Virus record (IMG/VR): IMGVR_UViG_3300036770_003400
From: a virus
Reading direction: 5' to 3' (one strand)
DNA length: 64,000 bases
How positions within the stretch are numbered: position 1 is the stretch's first letter; each line of letters opens with the position of its first letter. The translations under genes were made by a program, and so were the position numbers. Below, piece by piece: positions 46,737-55,828 of this stretch. A model generated the notes under the pieces. The model did no database searches, was not told where the DNA came from, and saw nothing but the letters and a program-made list of their open reading frames with translations.

Positions 46737-47242
46737 TAGGCCTTCCCTGGCAGCTTGGCGCCCTGGCCGCCGTAGCGGTCGCTAGCGGCGCTGCTGCGTG
46801 GTGGCTGACCCGTGAGCACTACATCGAAGAGCGGATCGCCTACATCGCGTCTCAGCGGGCCGCAGAGGTGGAGTTGATCCGGCGGCATGCTGACGAGGTG
46901 CTCGCGCTGCAGGCCAGGAACCATGACGCCGCTGCCAGACTGGATGCACAGCATGCACAACATCAATCGGAACTCGACAAGGCCCTGGCTGACAATCGCG
47001 ATCTTGCTCGCCGGCTTGGCGGGCTGCGCGACCCAGGTCGTAGACCGACCGGTGCCTGTCCCGTGCCCGTTACCACCGATGCCGCCAGCGAGCCTGCTGG
47101 AGACCCCGCCGCCGGCCGACTTTCAGACGAGGCTTCAGAGTTTCTTCTTGAGTTCGCCAGACAGGCCGATGAGGCCGCAGCCTACGCCCGCACCTGCCAC
47201 GCCTGGATCAAAACCCTAGACTCGCGCTCCCAGAAGGAATAG
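46733..47242 (+). CDS. Rz: i-spanin (Rz-like)
   Basis: TM anchor plus coiled coil. Confidence 0.75.
   Translation: MIGLPWQLGALAAVAVASGAAAWWLTREHYIEERIAYIASQRAAEVELIRRHADEVLALQARNHDAAARLDAQHAQHQSELDKALADNRDLARRLGGLRDPGRRPTGACPVPVTTDAASEPAGDPAAGRLSDEASEFLLEFARQADEAAAYARTCHAWIKTLDSRSQKE
46944..47219 (+). CDS. Rz1: o-spanin lipoprotein embedded in Rz
   Basis: Lipobox LAGC, Pro-rich, alternate frame (start 46944 or 46953). Confidence 0.7.
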   Translation: MHSMHNINRNSTRPWLTIAILLAGLAGCATQVVDRPVPVPCPLPPMPPASLLETPPPADFQTRLQSFFLSSPDRPMRPQPTPAPATPGSKP

Positions 47243-47281
47243 GATGAAACCTCTCCTCCTGGAAGCGAGCCTTCCACTTAT

Positions 47282-47308
47282 CCCGGCCCACCCCGCCGGG
47301 ATTTTTTT
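47282..47308 (+). terminator. Rho-independent terminator ending late operon
   Basis: CCCGGC/GCCGGG stem plus T7 tract. Confidence 0.75.
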
Positions 47309-47510
47309 ACTCTGCCGGCGCGTATGTGTTGCCTTCCTCGTATTGCTTCACATCGTCAATGTGATAGCGCACCTCGGCATTGCGGGCGTCCCCGAGCTTG
47401 ACATATGCTGGACCAACGGCCAGCCACCGCCATTTCCGCAGTGTGCCCGGGCTTATGCTCCAGCGTTCTGCAAGCTCATTCGTTGTCAGATAGGGTGACG
47501 GGTTCGTCAT
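47307..47510 (-). CDS. excisionase/AlpA-like HTH protein
   Basis: YLTTNELAERWSISPGTLRKWR...GPAYVKLG. Confidence 0.75.
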   Translation of the reverse strand: MTNPSPYLTTNELAERWSISPGTLRKWRWLAVGPAYVKLGDARNAEVRYHIDDVKQYEEGNTYAPAE

Positions 47511-48258
47511 TGTTTTCCTCCTCGATAGGTTCGGTAGTTGAAATGCCCATGGCCTGCTTGACCTGGGCCAGCGGTGCGACAGGCGGCGGCGGCTCGACGG
47601 CGATGCCGGCCACCTCGTTGTCGCTGAGCAGCACCTGATCCAGGTCGGCGCTCGACGGCAGCCGCTTGGCCAACCGGCGGATGACCGTCTTCCTGGCCAT
47701 CTCATCCCACCATTGGACCCAGGGGCCGGAGTTCTTCGCCCTGCTGGTTGCGCGCACCTTCTCGACATCGGCCACGCTCATGACCTCGCGATACGTCGCG
47801 CCGTCCTTGGTGCGAGCAATGGCGTACACCGCGATGGCCTTGCCGCGATCCTCGCCCAGGTGCGGCTTGTGCGAGATCCGTTCGTCGTCGCCGAGCTGGT
47901 AGTCGAAGTCGTCGTGCGAGTAGACGACATGCGCCGAGATGCTGGCCAGTTCGCCGGACTGCCGCAGCTTCTTGAGGATGCCGCCGACCATCGGCATGTA
48001 TTGAACTGACTGGCCGAACAGCACCAGGGCGGCTTCCCTGCCGTCACACAGCAGGCCATCCTGTGCAGCCCGCATGGTGCTGGCCAGCAGGGTGCGCCGG
48101 TCGGCATTGAGCAGGGCCGGGTTCATTTGGACAGCGGTGACCGTCGTCCGGATGAACCGATCAACCGGAATTTGCGACGGCAGCGCCGCCAGAAACTCCG
48201 GGGCCATCCTGGTAAGCGTAGTGCGGACAGCCTCGATGGGCGTGACTTCATTGCTCAT
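47476..48258 (-). CDS. recT: RecT family single-strand annealing protein
   Basis: AAQDGLLCDGREAALV, YMPMVGG, WDEMARKTVIRRLAK.LP. Confidence 0.9.
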   Translation of the reverse strand: MSNEVTPIEAVRTTLTRMAPEFLAALPSQIPVDRFIRTTVTAVQMNPALLNADRRTLLASTMRAAQDGLLCDGREAALVLFGQSVQYMPMVGGILKKLRQSGELASISAHVVYSHDDFDYQLGDDERISHKPHLGEDRGKAIAVYAIARTKDGATYREVMSVADVEKVRATSRAKNSGPWVQWWDEMARKTVIRRLAKRLPSSADLDQVLLSDNEVAGIAVEPPPPVAPLAQVKQAMGISTTEPIEEENNDEPVTLSDNE

Positions 48259-48260
48259 AG

Positions 48261-49205
48261 TTATGCCTCCTTCCTGGAAAAGCGGAATTGCCGATAGCCT
48301 TTGCGACCGCCGAACGTTTGCCCCACCATCTCGGGCGTGATGACCGTGGGCTGAACGTCTTTGGTCATGGCGAGGTTCAGCGTCCCGGCGCTGCAGCGCA
48401 CCCTGGATGCCGGCCCGACCCGCTCAAGGATTTGTGCCTTGATCCAGTCGCGCTGTTGCTCATGCTGCTTAATGGCCTTGCTAACCGCCTCGTATTCATC
48501 AAGCAGGCGCTCGACCTCCTCGCTTGCATCGACCTCCTCGCCGGCATTGGCCAGCGCATGCAGGCGGCGCAATGCAAATTGAACATCGGCATCGGTCTGG
48601 ATGGCGGGCGCGTTGCCGGCCTTGACACGCTTCCAGAACGCCGCCACGGTCGCGATGATCGAGTCCCAGATAGCCGGGTCCGCCTCGCGGCGGGCGATCC
48701 TGGCCTCGCTGCCACCGACCAGGGCAACTATGACGCCCCAGGGCCGGCCGGAGACCAGCATCTGGTGCTGGAGTTGCAGCTCGATGTGTGCCGGCGCGAT
48801 CAGCGCATCCTGCCCGTGGTCTTGCCAATGCTCACGGAACGACCGCTCGCTGACGTTCTTGATTTCTAGCAGGCCGAAGCCGGAGTCGTTGTCGTCGAGG
48901 ATCTCAAAATCGAACGAGCTGCCAAGCCTGTGTTCGGGCCGGCGAATGTACAGGTCCATCTTGGAAATGTGCCAGCCCTGGTCCTCTGCAACGCCATGCG
49001 CGATGGCGGACTCCAGCCTGCTGCCCCACCGCATGCGCTCTGACGGCTCTATCTCCTCGACCACCTGATCCTTCTTCCGGTGATACAGCTCGAAGGCGGT
49101 CTGGTATGGGTTAAGCCCGTACAGCGCCGACACTTCGGTCGAGGTCACATCACGCAGCCGCTCGCGCAGCCACGCTTGCCGGTCATTGATCTTTATTGTT
49201 TCCAT
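48261..49205 (-). CDS. YqaJ-like (lambda Exo family) exonuclease
   Basis: WL.ER..DVTSTE, WG..LE..IA, SFD, LEIKN, QLQHQM. Confidence 0.88.
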   Translation of the reverse strand: METIKINDRQAWLRERLRDVTSTEVSALYGLNPYQTAFELYHRKKDQVVEEIEPSERMRWGSRLESAIAHGVAEDQGWHISKMDLYIRRPEHRLGSSFDFEILDDNDSGFGLLEIKNVSERSFREHWQDHGQDALIAPAHIELQLQHQMLVSGRPWGVIVALVGGSEARIARREADPAIWDSIIATVAAFWKRVKAGNAPAIQTDADVQFALRRLHALANAGEEVDASEEVERLLDEYEAVSKAIKQHEQQRDWIKAQILERVGPASRVRCSAGTLNLAMTKDVQPTVITPEMVGQTFGGRKGYRQFRFSRKEA

Positions 49206-49261
49206 TTATCTCTACTCCTGGCTAATACGTTCTTGTATTGTGAGTGAATGCGGATGCATCG

Positions 49262-50092
49262 TCAACGCCTGAGCAGCTTTTCTTTGATGGCCGGCGGCAC
49301 CTGTGGCAGCGGGGCCCAGGCCACGCAGTCGTCGCCCCAGTGGCCGAGGCAGGCCACGCCGCCCTCGGTCAGCAACAAGAGCTTGCGAGCAACCGGCGGC
49401 GGCTCCTCATCCGGGTCGAGCCAGTAGACGACCGGGGCGGTGATGGGATCTTTCATTCCATGGCCTCGATCATGTTGGCGGCGTAGGCGTAGTAGTTGTG
49501 CATGTTCCGCGCTTCCTCGTGCATCTCGCGCAGCATCTTGATGATCCTGGCGCGCTCAGCTGCCGCCGCCTGCCGCGCTGCCACGCAGGCATCGCGCTCG
49601 CACTGAGGGCCGCAGGAGTGGAGGTCGTCGGTCATGTAGGCGGCTCCGAATGGATCGCCAGCAGTGCTTCGTGGACCTTGGCGCTGATCTCAAGCCACAG
49701 GTCGGGCGTGACGGGCGTCTTGATCTCGACCTTCGATACCAGCTCGTCCAGGCACTCGACGCGAAAGAGCACATCAAGCGTTTCGTCAACGGCCTCGAAG
49801 ATCGTCGGGTACATGTGGATCATTTCCCCTCCGCTTTCGCAATGGCGGTGGCGTAGAAAACCGGCTCGACCTCGCGATGCACCTCAAAGCGCGCGATCTC
49901 GGGGCCGTTCTCCGTTTCGTGCAAAGCGAACTCAAGCGGCCAGTTTGCTTCCCAGCCGTCGTGCGCGTGGTGGTAATCGCCAGCGGCTTCTTGGGCTGTC
50001 CAGCGGTCAAAGTCGGCTTGCGTCGTCCTGAACACGAAAAACGACTCTTCGCAGTGGGTCAAGCATCGATACCAGACTGTTCGCATGGTCAT
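49262..50092 (-). other. four small coupled early ORFs (49262-49456, 49453-49635, 49632-49823, 49820-50092)
   Basis: ATGA overlaps; protein-like frames; function unknown. Confidence 0.6.
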
Positions 50093-50523
50093 GTGTTCCG
50101 CTCCTTCAGCGCGGCCTCAATGTGCTCTACTGACCATCCGGTAGCCTGTTCTCTTTCCTCATCCGTCAGCGACTGCCACTCACGGCGAGGCTCAAGCTGC
50201 GCATTGCGGCTGCCGCGTTCGTAACCTTCTTGGTAGGCGCGCGTCCACTCGACGGCTCGCTCGCGCTCCAGCGCCTCCAGCAGCGCCTGATTGAAAGCGC
50301 GAAAGTGCTCTATCCTTTGCTTCAGCACATCCGCCCGGTGCAGGCCAAGTTCGCTTTCGTGCGCCGTCTCCTGCACCCAGTCGGTCCTGTCCAGCCACTC
50401 TTGGGCGGCAAGCTCTTGCCGATGCAACCGGCGCAGTTCGGCGGTCGCCTGGGATTGCCACGTGATGCTGCGTTCGCAAACAGGCACATCAGCCAGCCGC
50501 AGGGCTTCGGGTTTCTCATCCAT
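50089..50523 (-). CDS. hypothetical early protein, mosaic of MDEKPEALRLAD and EWQSLTDEE modules
   Basis: Shares N- and C-terminal DNA with phage A genes 14426-15155. Confidence 0.65.
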   Translation of the reverse strand: MDEKPEALRLADVPVCERSITWQSQATAELRRLHRQELAAQEWLDRTDWVQETAHESELGLHRADVLKQRIEHFRAFNQALLEALERERAVEWTRAYQEGYERGSRNAQLEPRREWQSLTDEEREQATGWSVEHIEAALKERNT

Positions 50524-50692
50524 GGTTCTTCTCCACCGGCACATCGCGCCATTCACCGTCTTTATCGGCAACATGGTCATATTCCCACCATTGCTGAAGG
50601 ATGCGAACGGTGCGTGTGGTGTAGCAGTTGAATTCGTTTCTGAATGTCGGCTCTTCGCGCAACACAAAGCGCAGCTTGTTGGTTGGGATCAT
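50516..50692 (-). CDS. small hypothetical protein
   Basis: Coupled ORF MIPTNKLRF...ILQQWW. Confidence 0.55.
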   Translation of the reverse strand: MIPTNKLRFVLREEPTFRNEFNCYTTRTVRILQQWWEYDHVADKDGEWRDVPVEKNHG

Positions 50693-51186
50693 GTGTTTCG
50701 CTCCTTCAGCGCGGCCTCGACGGTGCGGGCTATGTTCAGCGCCGTCGATGGCCAGCGCATATCGACGCACTCGGCGCGGGTCATCTGCATGACTTCCTCC
50801 TCCGTCAGCGACTGCCACTCGCCGCGGGGCGGGGCGGTGTACAAAAAATTGCCGGCCAGTTCATCTTCTGATGACGCATCGATCCATTTGATTCGACCCC
50901 ATCGCGGGTCGCGATGGCGCATCTCGTCGTCCGTGCAAATCCACGCCACCGGCTCCTGCTCCGGGCGCTCCTTCGCCTTTGCTTCCATCGCGGCCCACCA
51001 GCCAGCGCAATAGGCGAGTTTCTCTGCCTCGGTCTGCGCCTCCCAGGGTGGCTCCGGCTGCTCCAGTGCGGCACGAAGGGCGGTGATGGTCGTCTCTGTC
51101 GCAACGGCTTCTTCGTAGTCGGTGCCGATTACAAGCCGCTCCAACGCCTCCAGCGCCTGCTGGGCGGCTTCTCGCAGTGTGGTCAT
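50689..51186 (-). CDS. hypothetical early protein (EWQSLT family)
   Basis: MTTLREAAQQALEAL...QEPVAW...EWQSLT. Confidence 0.65.
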   Translation of the reverse strand: MTTLREAAQQALEALERLVIGTDYEEAVATETTITALRAALEQPEPPWEAQTEAEKLAYCAGWWAAMEAKAKERPEQEPVAWICTDDEMRHRDPRWGRIKWIDASSEDELAGNFLYTAPPRGEWQSLTEEEVMQMTRAECVDMRWPSTALNIARTVEAALKERNT

Positions 51187-51501
51187 TGCTCGCCCTCTAG
51201 TGCAGCCTTCACCGCCGCCATCGCATCCAGCACATCGGCAACGTCGTCACTGAAGATGACCGTGTGCCCGAAATCGTTCTCGACCATGGTGTCGTCCAGA
51301 ATTTTGAGCAGCGCCTTTGTGGCTTCATGCAGTGTCATTTTTCCCCCCTAGCTTTGATCATTTCATCGGCGAACACATAAGCGTCTTTGCAAGTCATGTC
51401 TGCTGGGAGCCCCTGGTAATCCTCTGCTTGCAGCAGCGCATGCAGCGCCACTACCGCGAACATGTCTCGCAGCGACTCGGTTTCAGCATCGCGTGGTGAT
51501 T

Positions 51502-51764
51502 TCACTGGTTGTCTCCTGGTAGCAATCGATATCGGTACAGCCCCCTTCTCACGCGCTCACGCTCGACAATGTGCGCGCCGTGTTTGCTCTTGCGCGGTCT
51601 CGCAGCCGCGCTGACACGCTAGCCTGCGGATCGCCGGTGGCTCTTGAGATGTCGTCCAGGGTTCGCCAGCGCTGGTCCCACATCAGAGCGCGCACCCTGG
51701 CAAGCTGCGTTTTCAGCCGGTCTTCATCAAGCGCTTCGTCGTATGTCTCGCCGTCGAACATCAT
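51502..51764 (-). pseudogene. winged-helix gene with 1-bp frameshift
   Basis: Restoring one base near 51596 gives RLRDLRKSKHGAHIVERER...LLPGDNQ-stop coupled to next gene. Confidence 0.55.
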
Positions 51765-51906
51765 GATCGTTTCCCTCCGAACCAGGACGGTGCTTGTTTA
51801 GCGGCGCAGGCCTGACAGACAAGGCGTCGTGACTTGCCCATGCGGATAAGCCTCATGGTCGAGCGCAGGCAGTACACCATGCATTTCGCGCAGATCACTT
51901 TGTCGA

Positions 51907-52299
51907 TCATGTATGTACCCCGGCAATGGCAGCTTGCAGAATCCGCAGCCGCTTCCGCAGCCGGTAGTCACGGCACTTTTCTGCCGTGCTCTTCTTCGGC
52001 GGTCGCTTGGCATCGGCCGCACTGCCGAGCTGGTAGGCGGCAATCCACAGCATGCCGGTGGGCCTTGGATACTCGACCCATTCGGCGATGCGGATAATGC
52101 GCGGCTTTTGTGCTCGCATCGCCCGGATGTGCAGGTAGACCACATGCTTGTTCACATTGAGGCCATCCACCAGATCGTGAATGGTGCGCGGTTCAGAGGT
52201 CAGCATGGAAATCATCTGGGCCGTTTTCTCTGCATTCCAACGGCGCAAGCGCGTACCTTTTGGAAGCGGCTTGAGACCGACGTGATTGGTCAGGTTCAT
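51907..52299 (-). CDS. winged-helix DNA-binding protein
   Basis: TIHDLVDGLNVNKHVVYLHIRAM; basic C-terminus. Confidence 0.6.
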   Translation of the reverse strand: MNLTNHVGLKPLPKGTRLRRWNAEKTAQMISMLTSEPRTIHDLVDGLNVNKHVVYLHIRAMRAQKPRIIRIAEWVEYPRPTGMLWIAAYQLGSAADAKRPPKKSTAEKCRDYRLRKRLRILQAAIAGVHT

Positions 52300-52528
52300 T
52301 GCAGCAATCCGAGCACGAACAAAACGACGAAGCCGATGACCGCGAACCAGAACACGGCGCGGTCACCAGGGTGGATATGATCGGGTCGGTTGTTCCAGCG
52401 GCGTTGTTTCATGCGAGCAGCTCCAGCAGGATGATGAGGTAGATGAACCCGGTTAGGGCCAGGGCGATAAACAACCATGCCGGTTCAGCGCGGTCCGTGG
52501 CTTTGTCTAGCCAGTCGAGCCAGTTCAT
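52296..52528 (-). other. two tandem ~40-aa single-TM peptides (52296-52412, 52409-52528)
   Basis: Coupled short ORFs with C-terminal hydrophobic helices. Confidence 0.5.
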
Positions 52529-52866
52529 GTGCGCACCATGCGGTCGGCGGCAGCAGACAGATAATTGACGATCTCCTCATGCAAGCAGATGGCGGCGGCG
52601 AACACGGCGAATGAGTCAGCAGGCTTGATTGCGGTGTGCGGCTGCACCGGGCCGAGCTTCTCGATTGCGGCCAGCAGGCGCGTCAACTGGAACGCGGCTT
52701 CCGGCTTATCTACGACGGCATTGGCGACTTCGTCCTGGTCTATCAGCAGGCTTTGCAGCATGGATTCGCGCTGCTGCTCGCGGTAGCGCTCGGCCAGATC
52801 CTGGTACTCCGGCTTGAGGAAAGCGGCATCAACGTCGTCGATGGTGAGGTTGTTCAGGTTAATCAT
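52525..52866 (-). CDS. hypothetical early protein
   Basis: AGGAG RBS; protein-like frame. Confidence 0.55.
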   Translation of the reverse strand: MINLNNLTIDDVDAAFLKPEYQDLAERYREQQRESMLQSLLIDQDEVANAVVDKPEAAFQLTRLLAAIEKLGPVQPHTAIKPADSFAVFAAAICLHEEIVNYLSAAADRMVRT

Positions 52867-53140
52867 TGCTGTTCTCCTGTAGGCGTTCGATTTCACGTTG
52901 GATGACGTTGGCTACAAGGTGCGCAAGCACCCGCTCGCCGTATGAAGGCGCATGACTATTGGCGAGGTATTCCGCTTCACGAAGCTGGGCCTGCAGCTCT
53001 TCGATGGCGTCCATGCGTTCCTCAGAATGGTGCCGGCTCACCGGCTGGGTATTGTGGCTTGGGCGTAGGCTTGGTGCGGACCATCACCCACTTTCCCCGG
53101 CGGAACTCCCACCGGGGAAAGGGCCAGGAAGATGGGGCTG

Positions 53141-53455
53141 TCATGCGAACGACAGGGCGTTCAGTTTCTGGAAATTGCCGGAGCGGTCGTCGCGGCCAAA
53201 GTGGACAATCTCGAAGATGTCATTGGTGCGCTGATCGCGCATCATCGACACGCGGGCTGGCCACGCTTTAGTTCCATTTTTATACCGGCCGACCATTCCA
53301 AAAGCGGTAACCAGACCGCCATACCAGATTGCCCTGACGCGCTGAGATTGGCCACGCAGGGTGACTTCGACCGTGCCAACTTTCCAGTCAACGAGGTGCA
53401 GCGAGTTTTCGGGCTGGATGTCGGCGGCGATGAAGCTGTCGGCGTTGATGATCAT
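53141..53455 (-). CDS. hypothetical first gene of leftward early operon
   Basis: CAGGAG RBS; MIINADSF... Confidence 0.55.
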   Translation of the reverse strand: MIINADSFIAADIQPENSLHLVDWKVGTVEVTLRGQSQRVRAIWYGGLVTAFGMVGRYKNGTKAWPARVSMMRDQRTNDIFEIVHFGRDDRSGNFQKLNALSFA

Positions 53456-53498
53456 GGCTGTTCTCCTGGTGAGCGCCGTGTCGTCACGGCATGGGTGG

Positions 53499-53527
53499 AT
53501 CATGAGTCAACGGCGAGCGCGTGTCAA
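53499..53527 (-). promoter_or_regulatory. leftward early promoter
   Basis: TTGACA-N17-CATGAT on minus strand. Confidence 0.6.
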
Positions 53528-53595
53528 CACGTTGCGTAAAGATTTTTTGCGTTGCGCCTGTTGCCCAGTCGTGGACTATCCGTCACCATACTGGG

Positions 53596-53814
53596 ATGGA
53601 CACTCACCTTGACCCGGCCTCCCTGGCCATCCAGCTATTCGGCGGTATCCGGCCCCTGGCCCGCGCCGTCGGTCGCGACCCTGCTGCCATCATGAGATGG
53701 CGTCGGCACGGTCGGATTCCGGCAACTAGCCACATCGACTTGCTCAAAGCGGCGCAGGCGGCTGGCATCGTGCTCACCCCGGAGGATGTCATCTATGGCA
53801 GATCCATCGATTAA
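53596..53814 (+). CDS. Cro/YdaS-like HTH regulator
   Basis: IQLFGGIRPLARAVGRDPAAIMRWRRHGRIP. Confidence 0.75.
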   Translation: MDTHLDPASLAIQLFGGIRPLARAVGRDPAAIMRWRRHGRIPATSHIDLLKAAQAAGIVLTPEDVIYGRSID

Positions 53815-54202
53815 CCTGATCCTGCCGTGGCCACCGTCAGTCAATAGTTACTGGCGGCACCCGTCGTCTGGCAAGCTCGCTGGCAGGCATCTGATCAGCT
53901 CGACTGGGCGGGCCTATCGACAGGCGGTGCGCGATGCTTGGATAGAACAGGGTGCCGGCATCATCGTCGGGCCGCATCGCCTGGAGTTGACCATCTATGC
54001 GTACCCGCCGGACAAGCGCCGTCGGGATCTCGACAACCTGTTCAAGGGCGCGCTCGACAGCCTCGTGCATGCTGGCGTGTTCGAGGACGACTCGCAGATA
54101 GACGCGCTGTGCATTCACCGGCTGTTCATCGTCAAGGACGGCTCACTCGACGTTTCAATCAAGATCCGACAGGAGGAAGGCAATGGCAACGAAGACGCAT
54201 GA
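53795..54202 (+). CDS. rusA: RusA Holliday junction resolvase
   Basis: LPWPPSVNSYWR; PPD.RRRDLDNLFK..LDSL...DDSQID. Confidence 0.9.
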   Translation: MADPSINLILPWPPSVNSYWRHPSSGKLAGRHLISSTGRAYRQAVRDAWIEQGAGIIVGPHRLELTIYAYPPDKRRRDLDNLFKGALDSLVHAGVFEDDSQIDALCIHRLFIVKDGSLDVSIKIRQEEGNGNEDA

Positions 54203-54494
54203 TCTGATGGTAAAAGTTGGCAGCTACACCAATGCGGCCGGCGAGCAGAAAAACCGCTGGGTCAATGTCGGTCTGGTTTTGACCACCGACGACGGCAGGG
54301 AAATGATCCTGCTGAACAGGACGTTCAACCCGGCTGGTGCGCCCCTGGATGAGAAAGGCGGGGATACCGTCCTGGTCAGCAAGTTCCCGGTGCGGGAGGG
54401 TGACGCCGAGACGCCGGCACCGAAGACGCAGAAGGCCCCTCGCCGTGGCAATGGCGGGGCGTTCGATGAACTGAAGGACGATCTTCCGTTCTAG
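54183..54494 (+). CDS. single-stranded DNA-binding protein-like
   Basis: VKVGSYT..AGE.KNRW.NVG; acidic tail DDLPF. Confidence 0.7.
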   Translation: MATKTHDLMVKVGSYTNAAGEQKNRWVNVGLVLTTDDGREMILLNRTFNPAGAPLDEKGGDTVLVSKFPVREGDAETPAPKTQKAPRRGNGGAFDELKDDLPF

Positions 54495-54496
54495 GG

Positions 54497-54671
54497 TTGT
54501 AGCTGCAGCAAAGAAGGAAGTAGACTGTACCAGCGCCGTGAGAAGCGCAAAAGGGGTGTCTGAGCAGTCTCCTCGGGGGATGGTCTCAGATGCCGTTCCA
54601 TGCCCATCACGGGCCAGATGCCCCCGGTAATTCTCACACTGGGGCCATCCGCCCGAGGAGATTGCGAGATG
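54497..54671 (+). ncRNA. structured leader / antisense-type riboregulator with own promoter
   Basis: TTGTAG-N18-TAGACT; three hairpins; 7-nt loop-loop complement; 16-nt anti-SD. Confidence 0.6.
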
Positions 54672-54890
54672 AATCAAAGACCGTTTATCGTTAACGCGTC
54701 CGTTATGGATGCGCTGAATACGTTCCAGCAGGCCTGTAATGCGCTCATAGATGCATGCATTGAGCATGAAGATCGTGAGATGACATGGGCCGGCATCAAT
54801 GCACAAAACGCTGTGCTGGATGTATTGCATGATCGAATCACCGCCACGTCGAAAAAGGACGGGGAGACTGAATCATGCCCTGCCGCCTGA
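54669..54890 (+). CDS. hypothetical protein under leader control
   Basis: GAGGAG RBS; 73 aa. Confidence 0.55.
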   Translation: MNQRPFIVNASVMDALNTFQQACNALIDACIEHEDREMTWAGINAQNAVLDVLHDRITATSKKDGETESCPAA

Positions 54891-55828
54891 TCCGCGATGA
54901 CATGCTGGAAAGCGAGCGCGTTCTCGGCCTGCCGGTCGAGGCGCGCTGGCTGTACGTTTCCATCCTTTTGACAGCCGACGACCTCGGCTGTTTCGAGGCC
55001 TCGGCATTCAGGCTGGCGAGGCGATCAGACATCCGCCGGGAGACCGTCGAGCAGCTCCTGGGAATGCTTGCCGACCAGGATCTGGTGAGGCTTTACGAGG
55101 CTTCCGGCAAGCGCTTTGGGTTCATCCCAAGGTTTCGGCAACGCATTCAGATTAAGTTCCTGAAGAACCCTCCTCCGCCCGTTGCATTGATGCAGGACGA
55201 CGAGGACGCACTGAATAAAATCAAGCAGTTAACATCAAAAACAACCGTTGGAAATCCGTTGGACAACCGTTGTCCATCTGCTGGCCAACCGTCTGAAGCG
55301 AAAGCGAAAGCGAAAGCGAAAGACAAAAGCAACGCACAGCAAGCAGAGTCGGCAAAGGAACCAGAGTCGCCGCCGGAGGAGGCAGATCGCGCCGCCAAAG
55401 TCGATGAAGACGAACCCCGACCCCAACCACAGAAACGGGAGCGCCGGGTCGAGATCGCGCTGTTGCTGCGTGAGCAGGGCGTGGCCGCAATGGCTCACCA
55501 CCCGACCGTGGTTGCCTGGGCGCAGACCGGCGTGACCGATGAGCAACTGACCGAGGCGGTCGGACTGGCGAGGTTGCGCAAACCAACGGGGTCGATCCCG
55601 GTCGGGTACCTGGAGCCTATCGTTGCCGACCTGCGCAAGCCGGCGCCGCCGGTCAAGCGATCCACTGCCGACTGGTGGACCAGTGACCGGGCGACGGATG
55701 CGAAAGCCAGGGAGCTTGGCATGCAGGCTCGGCCAGGGGAGGAGTACCCGGCTTTCCGGGCCAGGATGCGCGACGAGATCGAGCGGCGTGACCGTGCGAT
55801 GCGCGAGCAACTGGGGGCGGTGGCATGA
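54875..55828 (+). CDS. replication initiator (lambda O-like / replisome organizer)
   Basis: RLIRDDML.SE......EAR.LY..IL..ADD.G N-terminus; internal iteron-like repeats. Confidence 0.75.
   Translation: MPCRLIRDDMLESERVLGLPVEARWLYVSILLTADDLGCFEASAFRLARRSDIRRETVEQLLGMLADQDLVRLYEASGKRFGFIPRFRQRIQIKFLKNPPPPVALMQDDEDALNKIKQLTSKTTVGNPLDNRCPSAGQPSEAKAKAKAKDKSNAQQAESAKEPESPPEEADRAAKVDEDEPRPQPQKRERRVEIALLLREQGVAAMAHHPTVVAWAQTGVTDEQLTEAVGLARLRKPTGSIPVGYLEPIVADLRKPAPPVKRSTADWWTSDRATDAKARELGMQARPGEEYPAFRARMRDEIERRDRAMREQLGAVA

Noticed and set aside
47063-47070. Fourth GTGCCCGT late-promoter box
   Set aside because: Inside Rz/Rz1, lacks the leading G and the -10 at the fixed spacing.
41006-47242. Diversity-generating retroelement expected in a BPP-1-like phage
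   Set aside because: No reverse transcriptase, no avd, no TR/VR pair with adenine-specific mismatches. The 14.8/50.7 kb and 1/45.3 kb repeats differ at mixed bases and lie in different phages.
49660-49668. Fifth AGCAnTGCT operator-like site
   Set aside because: Inside a phage B coding region with no promoter; about one chance hit is expected in 64 kb.
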